A stretch of 64,000 bases of DNA from an uncultured Clostridium sp. GTDB lineage: Bacteria; Bacillota; Clostridia; TANB77; CAG-508. This document shows positions 39,251 to 46,971 of this stretch, piece after piece; the stretch's first letter is position 1; each line of letters opens with the position of its first letter. The notes under the pieces are model-generated. The model was not told the origin of the DNA. It saw only the letters and a program-made list of their open reading frames with translations, and made no database searches. A program made the translations under genes and the position numbers. The stretch spans positions 1,671 through 65,670 of the forward strand of contig CANDRW010000004.1 of the NCBI GenBank assembly GCA_947388675.1, in the 5' to 3' direction.

Positions 39251-39422
39251 AATTTGAATATATCTATGATAGCGTTTGACCTTGTAGGTCGCAAACCACC
39301 AAATGTATAAGGAAATCAAAGATTTCCTGTACAAATTATATGATGGTTGCTCCAATCGCCCTACGCTTTGCTTCGGTTGGTCGCTACGCGGTCTTCACTT
39401 TTATCATAGATATATTCAAATT
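39251..39422. repeat. long-hairpin intergenic element, family 2, copy B
   Basis: Perfect 21-bp outer stem AATTTGAATATATCTATGATA / TATCATAGATATATTCAAATT; core shared with 50497-50637. Confidence 0.8.
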
Positions 39423-39442
39423 ATTAAAACAAGGAGATTTTA

Positions 39443-40438
39443 ATGAAAAAGTATATTATATATTTTTTGATATTTCTAGCATTGTGTTTTTTGATTCCTA
39501 TACTATTTACTAAATCTTTCAAAAAGGCACAAGAAACCAATATACCTCAAAATGAAGAGGTTATTCCAAAAGTAACTTATGATTACAAAAAATATAAAAC
39601 AGTGAAGTTATATCATAAAAAGACCAAAAAGGTGGAAGAACTTTCTTTAGATGAGTATTTATATGGAGTGGTAAGTAGTGAAATGCCAGCAAGTTTTGCA
39701 GAAGAAGCTTTAAAAGCACAAGCAGTAGTGGCAAGGACGTTTACTTTATATAAAATTGTGCATAATAGTAAAAAACATGAAAATGCAGATATTTGCGATG
39801 ATTCTACTTGTTGCCAGGCATGGATTAGTAAAGAAGATAGATTAGCTAGATGGGATGATAGCAAAAAAACAGAGTATTGGAACAAAATTGTGAAAGCTGT
39901 GAATAGTACGCAGGGAAAAATGATAACTTATAATAATGAACCAATTAATGCTTTTTTTCATTCTAATAGTGGAGGAACAACAGAAGCGCCTATCAATGTA
40001 TGGGGAGGAAGCGGATACCCCTATTTGAAGGCAGTTACAACTTCAGGAGAGGATGCATATAGTCAATATGCTTCTAATGTAACTGTTACCCAAAAGCAAT
40101 TTACAGAAACAATCCAAAAAGTACATAAAGATTTTAAGATTGATTTTAGTAAAAAAGATTGCATTAAAGTAAAAGAATATACAGAGGGAAATAGGGTAAA
40201 GACAATACAAGTAGGAAATCTTTCTTTGTCTGGTGTTGAAATGAGAACTCTATTTGGACTTCGTTCTGCAAATTTTAAAATTACCATGGAAAAGCAGAAT
40301 ATTAAATTTGAAGTAACAGGATATGGGCATGGCGTAGGGATGAGCCAAACAGGTGCAGATAGTCTAGCAAAGCAGGGGAAAACATATGAAGAAATTATCC
40401 ATCATTTCTATACAGGAGTAGAAGTAAAGGATATTTAA
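39443..40438 (+). CDS. spoIID: stage II sporulation protein D (SpoIID/LytB domain)
   Basis: N-terminal TM helix; LDEYLYGVVSSEMPASFAEEALKAQAVVARTF; HSNSGGTTE; GHGVGMSQTGA. Confidence 0.85.
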   Translation: MKKYIIYFLIFLALCFLIPILFTKSFKKAQETNIPQNEEVIPKVTYDYKKYKTVKLYHKKTKKVEELSLDEYLYGVVSSEMPASFAEEALKAQAVVARTFTLYKIVHNSKKHENADICDDSTCCQAWISKEDRLARWDDSKKTEYWNKIVKAVNSTQGKMITYNNEPINAFFHSNSGGTTEAPINVWGGSGYPYLKAVTTSGEDAYSQYASNVTVTQKQFTETIQKVHKDFKIDFSKKDCIKVKEYTEGNRVKTIQVGNLSLSGVEMRTLFGLRSANFKITMEKQNIKFEVTGYGHGVGMSQTGADSLAKQGKTYEEIIHHFYTGVEVKDI

Positions 40439-40516
40439 AATTTGTTTATTTGTTTTTGTATAATTTTCTCAAAAATGTCAATAATGCTACTAAATAGAAT
40501 TTAAGGAGGAAATTTT

Positions 40517-41323
40517 ATGAGAAGAGAAAATAGAAGAAGACCAATGGAGGATGGATTAGATGGAAAGAAAATGCTATATATTACAGGAAGTGTGTTAGCA
40601 TTAGCGGTTATTATTTTTGTTATTGCTTTCCTAATTTATGGAAATAAGTTAAATAATAGTACTGAGTTAGCTAAGAAAAATAACAATAATACAATTGGAA
40701 ATTTAGTAGCAGAAGAGACAAGTACCTCTATGGGAAAAAATGTAAATGAAATGCAAGAAGCAAAAGAAAATAACCAAAATACAGAGAAGATAGCAGTAAA
40801 TACTAGCCAAGAAGCACAAAACAATACAACAACCAATAAAGAAAATACAACTAAAACTAATACAAACCAAGAAAATAATACAAAACCAAATAAGACAACT
40901 GAGCCTGTAAAAGATCCAGAGTTTAAAATGCCAGTGTCTGGTGAAATTGTAAAAGAATTTGCAAATAATAAGTTAGTATATTCTAGTACTTTAGATGTGT
41001 GGGCAACACATAATGGTGTGGATATTAAAGCAGACAAGACAACAGTAGTAAAAGCATCAGCAGATGGAACAGTAGCTTCTATTAAAAATGACCCACGTTA
41101 TGGTCTTACAGTAATTGTAGAACATGTTAATGGTTATAAAACAGTATATGCAAATTTATTAAGCACAGAGTTTGTAGTAGAAGGTGAAACAATTAAGCAA
41201 GGGCAAAGTTTAGGAACAGTTGGTAATACAGCATCTTTTGAAATTTCAGATGAACCACATCTTCATTTTGAACTATTAAAAAATAATGAACAACAAGACC
41301 CAGAATTGTATTTAAAGAAATAA
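40517..41323 (+). CDS. membrane-anchored M23/LytM peptidase, SpoIIQ-like by context
   Basis: TM helix, N/T-rich linker, intact HNGVD and HLHFE metal motifs; adjacent to spoIID as in C. difficile (from memory). Confidence 0.6.
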   Translation: MRRENRRRPMEDGLDGKKMLYITGSVLALAVIIFVIAFLIYGNKLNNSTELAKKNNNNTIGNLVAEETSTSMGKNVNEMQEAKENNQNTEKIAVNTSQEAQNNTTTNKENTTKTNTNQENNTKPNKTTEPVKDPEFKMPVSGEIVKEFANNKLVYSSTLDVWATHNGVDIKADKTTVVKASADGTVASIKNDPRYGLTVIVEHVNGYKTVYANLLSTEFVVEGETIKQGQSLGTVGNTASFEISDEPHLHFELLKNNEQQDPELYLKK

Positions 41324-41366
41324 GAAATAAAGAGCATTAGAAGAAAGTTCTAATGCTCTTTAAAAC

Positions 41367-41801
41367 TTATAAATACGTTTTCATTTTCTCAATGTTGTTA
41401 TTTTGCAAAGTAATAAAATCATTCAAAATATCTTTAATGACAGGTTCCATTTTAGGGCTATGATTTAATAATTTTTGACTTTCAATCACACCCATTAAAT
41501 TCCCTTGTATCATTAATTCAGCAATATGAGAGTTACTACTATCTTTTAAAGTATTCATCTGAACTCCAGTCCAACTCATCATTTTATCCATAAGTGGTTC
41601 CTCATCAGGTATTTCTCCATACTTTTCAAATTGTGTATTAACCTTATCTAAGATTTTTCCATATTCTGCATATTGCGTACTTAAATCTTGCTTCATTGTT
41701 TCATCTTCTACTTTTTCAGAAACAAATGTAATACTAGAAAGTCCCATTCTAGTAGCTTTTCCAATTTCGTTTAAAATAGTTAAATTGATATTTTCATCCA
41801 T
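41367..41801 (-). CDS. hypothetical helical protein (144 aa)
   Basis: Clean ORF with GGAGG RBS; no confident motif. Confidence 0.5.
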   Translation of the reverse strand: MDENINLTILNEIGKATRMGLSSITFVSEKVEDETMKQDLSTQYAEYGKILDKVNTQFEKYGEIPDEEPLMDKMMSWTGVQMNTLKDSSNSHIAELMIQGNLMGVIESQKLLNHSPKMEPVIKDILNDFITLQNNNIEKMKTYL

Positions 41802-41921
41802 AATTTTAGCCTCCTTAAAAATAGTATGACCAAAAAAAGAAAAATTATTTTAATCAATTATAATTTAAATCAATTTACATTCATTTCTTAAAAATAAAGC
41901 AAATGAAAACTCAAAAAAACA

Positions 41922-41950
41922 TTGAAAATAAGCTTGCTATAAGATATAAT
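41922..41950 (+). promoter_or_regulatory. sigmaA-type promoter for addA
   Basis: TTGAAA, 17 nt, TATAAT. Confidence 0.45.
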
Positions 41951-41979
41951 AAACCAAAAACGAAAAAGGAAGTTTGTTT

Positions 41980-44900
41980 ATGGGTGAGGTAAAATGGACG
42001 ACAGAACAATTGCAAGCAATTGAAAGTAAAGGTTCTAATATTTTAGTAGCTGCTGCCGCTGGTAGTGGTAAAACTGCTGTGCTTGTAGAAAGAATTATCC
42101 ATAAAATCATTGATGATAAAATGGATATTGACAAATTATTAGTAGTGACATTTACCAATGCAGCAGCAGCAGAAATGAGAGAAAGAATATTAGAAGCTAT
42201 TTACAAAGAATTAGAGCAAGACCCAGCAAATGAACACTTACAAAAACAAATTACACTATTAAATAAAGCCAGTATTTGCACCATACACTCTTTTTGTTTA
42301 GATGTGATTCGTAACCATTTTTACGAAATTGACTTGCCAAGCAATTTTAGAATTGCAGAGCCAACTGAAATTGATTTATTAAAACAAGAAGTATTAGAAG
42401 ATTTATTAGAACAAAAATATATAGACCAAGATAGTGATTTTCTAGAACTATTGGAAACCTATACAGGATATCGTGGAGACGAACCTTTGCAAGAACTTAT
42501 TTTATCCATCTACCGTTTTATTCAAAGTAGTCCATTTCCAGAAAAGTGGTTACAAGAAAAAGTGGAACAATTTCATGTGGATGCTTCTTTAGACTTTGGA
42601 AAAACTGTTTTAGGAAAAGTAATTTTAGAAGAAGTTCAAGAAGAACTAGATGGAAGTCTTTTAAAACTAAAAAAGGTACAAGAAGAGTTAGAAAAATTTC
42701 TAGAGTGCAGTAAATTTTATCAAGCCGTTAGCGAAGATATTTTGCAAATAGAAGAAGTCGTAGGACTAACCAATTCATGGAATGAAGTATATCAAAAAAT
42801 TCACCAAATTAGTTTTGGAAAATGGCCAGTAGATAAAAAGGTATCACTAGATATTAAAGAAGAAGCAAAAGAAATTAGGGATAGAGTCAAAAAAGATATC
42901 AAAGAAAAAGTAGCAGGGTTAATGAGCCATACATCAGAAGAAATTGCAAAAGACTTTGAAGTTCTTTATCCTATTTTGCAAAAACTAGCAAAAATCATTT
43001 TAGAATTTAGTGAAAGCTTTAAAGAAAAGAAAAGAGAAAAAAATTGTATTGATTTTAATGATATTGAGCACTTAGCATTAAAATTGTTATTAGATGAAAA
43101 TGGAAACAAAACACAAGTTAGTAAGAAATATGAAGAAAAATTTGAGGAAATAGCAATTGACGAGTATCAAGACAGTAACTTGGTACAAGAGGCTATTTTG
43201 ACTAGTATTTCTAAAGGAAATAACATCTTTATGGTAGGAGATGTTAAGCAAAGTATTTATAAATTTAGGCAAGCAAGACCAGAACTATTTTTACAAAAGT
43301 ATGCTAGATATCAAACAAAAGAAGAAAAGCAAGAAGCGGATGATTTGAAAATTCAGTTATTCCGTAATTTTAGAAGTAGAAATAATATTTTGGATATTAC
43401 AAACTTAGTATTTGAAGCAATTATGAGTGAAAAGCTAGGAGATATTATCTATAACGAAAATGAATATTTGAACTATGGAGCCAATTATCCAGAACCAGAG
43501 AAGAGCCAGTCTAATGTAAAAGAAAATGAGTGGACAGACTTAACAGTAAAACAAAATAAGTCTGAGCTAGAAGAGAATTACGCTGGAATAGCAGAATTAA
43601 ATGTAATTGACATGAAAGAAGACGATACCATCACAGCTGTAATTGGTGAAGAAGAGGAAGAAGAAAATAACGACCGTATAGAAGATGATGTACTAGAAGC
43701 GAGATTTGTAGCAAAACGTATTAAGGACCTGCTACAGAGTGAGTACCAAGTATATGACAGAAAAAAAGGATATAGACAGATTGAACCAAAAGATATTGTC
43801 ATTTTGCTAAGAGCAACAAGCACTTTAGCCCCAATTTATGAAAAAGAATTATCAGATTATGATTTGCCAGTATTTAGTGATAGCTCTACATCTTATTTAG
43901 AAAGTGTAGAAATTGAAACTATTCTATCTATTTTAAAATTAATCAATAATCCAATGCAAGATATTCCACTCGTGGTAGTGCTAAGGTCTAGTATTGCGCA
44001 AATGACAGATAATGAATTAATCACTATTCGATTAACAGATAGGAATTGTAATTTTTATGAAGCCCTTATCAAAACAAGAATATCTTGTGAAGAACCACTA
44101 AAAAGCAAGATAGAAGCAATTTTAGAAAAATTAGAAAAATGGAGAGCACAGTCAGAATATTTGCCTTTAGATGAACTAATTTGGCAAATCTACTTAGACA
44201 CAGGATATTACCAGTATGTAGGACTATTACCAAATGGAGAAATGCGACAAGCCAATTTAAAAACTTTGTTTGAGAAGGCAAAACAATATGAAACAGCAAG
44301 TTTTAAAGGACTATTTCATTTTATCCAATTTATTGAAAAGCTAAAAAAACAAAATGGAGACTTAAGTTCAGCGAAATTAATTGGAGAAAGTGCTAATGTT
44401 GTTCGTATTATGAGTATCCACAAAAGTAAAGGATTAGAATTTCCAGTGGTATTTCTAAGCCATACGCATAAGAAATTTAATTTAAGAGACTTAAATGAAG
44501 TCATTTTAATGCATCAAGATTTAGGACTAGGACCAACTTTGATTGATACTGCTAAAAAGCTAAAATATACAACTACTGCAAAAAAAGCAATTAGCCTAAA
44601 AATAAAACAAGAAACCCTTTCAGAAGAAGAAAGAATTTTGTATGTTGCTTTAACAAGAGCAAAAGAAAAACTAATTATCACAGGAAGAAGCAAGGATTTT
44701 CAAAAAGCTTTGCAAGAAAAAGAAAAAAACTTAGCCATTTATGCTGAAAGTGAAGATTGTAAAATAGACTATAAGCTAATGAAAAAATGTAGTTCTTATT
44801 TAGATTGGTTAACGTATGTTTATCTATTTCATCAAGGAAAAACCGTATCTTTAAAAGGAAAGCAATTAGAATTAAGAGATATCATAACTTTAAAAACCTT

Positions 44901-45792
44901 TGCTAAAAAAGATTTAATGAAAGAATTACAAGGAGTAGAAGAAAAAGAAGAAACAGAAATTACAAAATTAATTCAGGAAGAAGTGGAAAAACAAAAAGAT
45001 ACTAACCTTTCTGAATTAAGACAAACTTTAGAATGGAAATATGTTTATGAAGTAGATACAAAACTTCCAACCAAAACTTCTGTAACCAAGTTAAAACAAG
45101 AACAGGCAAACCAGCTTCCTTCTTTAGAAATCCAAGCAAATTGGGAGAAAGAAGAAACAAGCGATAATGAATTTGAGGCAAAAGAAATGCAGTATATACA
45201 AGTAAAACCGTTAGAAAGTGAAGAAAAAGCTAAACTAACCCCAGCACAAAAAGGAACTTTAGTCCACTTGTGTATTCAAAAATTAGATGAAAGAAAAGAA
45301 TATGAAATACAAGACATTCAAAATTTAGTTCAAGAATTAGTGCAAAAAGAAATCATTACAGAAATAGAGGCAAATGCAATAGACGTTAATTTAGTATATA
45401 GCTATACAAAATCAGAACTATTCCAAGAATTAAAAAAAGCAAAAGAAATCCACAAAGAGCAACCATTTTATATCAATATGCCAGCAAAAGAAATTTTTAG
45501 AGAAGCAAAGGAGGTAGGCTCTGAAAAAAATATTTTAGTACAAGGTATGATAGACTTATATTATATAGATGAGCAAGACCAATTACATTTAGTAGATTTC
45601 AAAACAGACTATGTGCCAAAAGGAAAAGAAAAACAAGTGGCTCAAAAATATCAAGTTCAAATGGATATATACCAAAAAGCATTGGAAGAAGCACTAGGCA
45701 AAGAAGTTACAAGTGCAAAGATTTGCTTAGCAAATTGTGAGTGGCAATGTGTCGCACTTGGGGACGTTAAGTTAGCTGTTCGAACGAAGTGA
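41980..45792 (+). CDS. addA: ATP-dependent helicase/nuclease subunit A
   Basis: UvrD-type AAAGSGKT, DEYQDSN, C-terminal RecB nuclease GMIDLYY..VDFKTD; last ~14 codons lie in a REP element. Confidence 0.9.
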   Translation: MGEVKWTTEQLQAIESKGSNILVAAAAGSGKTAVLVERIIHKIIDDKMDIDKLLVVTFTNAAAAEMRERILEAIYKELEQDPANEHLQKQITLLNKASICTIHSFCLDVIRNHFYEIDLPSNFRIAEPTEIDLLKQEVLEDLLEQKYIDQDSDFLELLETYTGYRGDEPLQELILSIYRFIQSSPFPEKWLQEKVEQFHVDASLDFGKTVLGKVILEEVQEELDGSLLKLKKVQEELEKFLECSKFYQAVSEDILQIEEVVGLTNSWNEVYQKIHQISFGKWPVDKKVSLDIKEEAKEIRDRVKKDIKEKVAGLMSHTSEEIAKDFEVLYPILQKLAKIILEFSESFKEKKREKNCIDFNDIEHLALKLLLDENGNKTQVSKKYEEKFEEIAIDEYQDSNLVQEAILTSISKGNNIFMVGDVKQSIYKFRQARPELFLQKYARYQTKEEKQEADDLKIQLFRNFRSRNNILDITNLVFEAIMSEKLGDIIYNENEYLNYGANYPEPEKSQSNVKENEWTDLTVKQNKSELEENYAGIAELNVIDMKEDDTITAVIGEEEEEENNDRIEDDVLEARFVAKRIKDLLQSEYQVYDRKKGYRQIEPKDIVILLRATSTLAPIYEKELSDYDLPVFSDSSTSYLESVEIETILSILKLINNPMQDIPLVVVLRSSIAQMTDNELITIRLTDRNCNFYEALIKTRISCEEPLKSKIEAILEKLEKWRAQSEYLPLDELIWQIYLDTGYYQYVGLLPNGEMRQANLKTLFEKAKQYETASFKGLFHFIQFIEKLKKQNGDLSSAKLIGESANVVRIMSIHKSKGLEFPVVFLSHTHKKFNLRDLNEVILMHQDLGLGPTLIDTAKKLKYTTTAKKAISLKIKQETLSEEERILYVALTRAKEKLIITGRSKDFQKALQEKEKNLAIYAESEDCKIDYKLMKKCSSYLDWLTYVYLFHQGKTVSLKGKQLELRDIITLKTFAKKDLMKELQGVEEKEETEITKLIQEEVEKQKDTNLSELRQTLEWKYVYEVDTKLPTKTSVTKLKQEQANQLPSLEIQANWEKEETSDNEFEAKEMQYIQVKPLESEEKAKLTPAQKGTLVHLCIQKLDERKEYEIQDIQNLVQELVQKEIITEIEANAIDVNLVYSYTKSELFQELKKAKEIHKEQPFYINMPAKEIFREAKEVGSEKNILVQGMIDLYYIDEQDQLHLVDFKTDYVPKGKEKQVAQKYQVQMDIYQKALEEALGKEVTSAKICLANCEWQCVALGDVKLAVRTK

Positions 45793-45866
45793 GTTACAGA
45801 TAACTTATGCGACGGAGCAAAGCGAAGTGTATAGTTAAGTGCGACATATGTCCCTCTGTACGACAT
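45751..45866. repeat. REPIN-like element, beta subfamily, copy 2
   Basis: GTCGCACTTGGGGACGTTAAG...AAGTGCGACATATGTCCCTCTGTACGACAT; inverted relative to 29919-30044. Confidence 0.8.
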
Positions 45867-46013
45867 TCAATTAAATGAATATTTGAAAATGAAATAACAG
45901 ATGTATTTATTTGATTAATGGGAATGTGTGAATTAATAGATATGGATATTGTAAAAGGACTAAAAGATAAAGAAAAAATCAATTTTAAAAGAGAATGGAA
46001 GTGAAAAGCTAAA

Positions 46014-46253
46014 ATGAGAATTGACAAATTTTTAAAAATGGCGACAGTCATTAAAAGAAGAACAGTTGCAAATGAAGCAGCAGATGGTGGCAGAATTTCC
46101 GCCAATGGAAAGGTTGTAAAACCAAGCTATGAAGTAAAAGTTGGTGATATGATAGAAATTAGATTTGGAGATAAGATTTCTAAATTTGAAGTTTTAAAAA
46201 TTCCGCAAAGACAAAGTGAACCGATAGAAACATTGATTAAAATGAAGGAATAA
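46014..46253 (+). CDS. S4-domain RNA-binding protein (Hsp15/YabO-like)
   Basis: MRIDKFLK...KRRTVANEAADGGRISANGKVVKPSYEVKVGD. Confidence 0.75.
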   Translation: MRIDKFLKMATVIKRRTVANEAADGGRISANGKVVKPSYEVKVGDMIEIRFGDKISKFEVLKIPQRQSEPIETLIKMKE

Positions 46254-46364
46254 GATGCTGTTAAAAGCAATGAAGTTAGTTTTTATCTAGAAATATAGTG
46301 GAAAAAATGATATAGTAGTAAAAATTAATAGGGGGCAAATATTCAAGTGAAAGGTAGGAGTATT

Positions 46365-46949
46365 ATGCCCCGAAATTGTAGAGAAAATCAAAAATCTTAT
46401 ACAGGAATTTATCATGTTATTCTTCGTAGTATCAATCAACAGGAGATATTCTATGACGATATAGATAGAAGAAAATTTTTAAAAGAAACAAAAGAGAAAT
46501 ATCATTATGATTTATATGCTTATGTTCTAATGCATAATCATGTTCATCTAGTGATAATGGATAAAGAAGATAAACTATCTAAAATTATTCAATCATTAGC
46601 AATTAGTTATGCACTGTATTTTAATAAAAAATATAATAGAATAGGTCATGTATTTTACAATCGATTTAAAAGTAAATATATAGAAAATTTACCATATTTA
46701 TTAAATGTTATTAGGTATATACATTTCAATCCAGAAAAAGCAGGGATATGTCAGGATTCAAAATCTTATTGGAGTAGTTATCATGAATATTTTCACTTTT
46801 CCAAATTAGTTGAAACTGATAATGTGCTAAAGATGGCTGGGATGAATAAAAAGGATTTTGAAATTTTTCACATAGAATATGAAAAAATAAAAGGCTATGA
46901 AAAATGTCGTACTAAGAGACAGATGTCGCACTTAACTAACGTCCCCTAG
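46365..46949 (+). CDS. HUH/Y1 transposase, IS200-like, REP-associated (RAYT-like)
   Basis: YHVILRS, HUH motif LMHNHVHLVI, GHVFYNRFKS, Tyr motif RYIHFNPEKAG; GGTAGGAG RBS; 3' end formed by a REP unit. Confidence 0.8.
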   Translation: MPRNCRENQKSYTGIYHVILRSINQQEIFYDDIDRRKFLKETKEKYHYDLYAYVLMHNHVHLVIMDKEDKLSKIIQSLAISYALYFNKKYNRIGHVFYNRFKSKYIENLPYLLNVIRYIHFNPEKAGICQDSKSYWSSYHEYFHFSKLVETDNVLKMAGMNKKDFEIFHIEYEKIKGYEKCRTKRQMSHLTNVP

Positions 46950-46955
46950 TGCGAC
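46904..46955. repeat. minimal REP unit, beta subfamily, copy 3
   Basis: ATGTCGTACTAAGAGACAGATGTCGCACTTAACTAACGTCCCCTAGTGCGAC: left and right ends of the 116-bp element joined without the core. Confidence 0.75.
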
Positions 46956-46971
46956 AAAAGGAGAGAAGAAA

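Noticed and set aside
45794-46105. 103-aa minus-strand ORF downstream of addA (also 45657-45866)
   Set aside because: It runs through the beta REP element and is antisense to the start of the S4 gene. It has no RBS and AT-rich low-complexity content.
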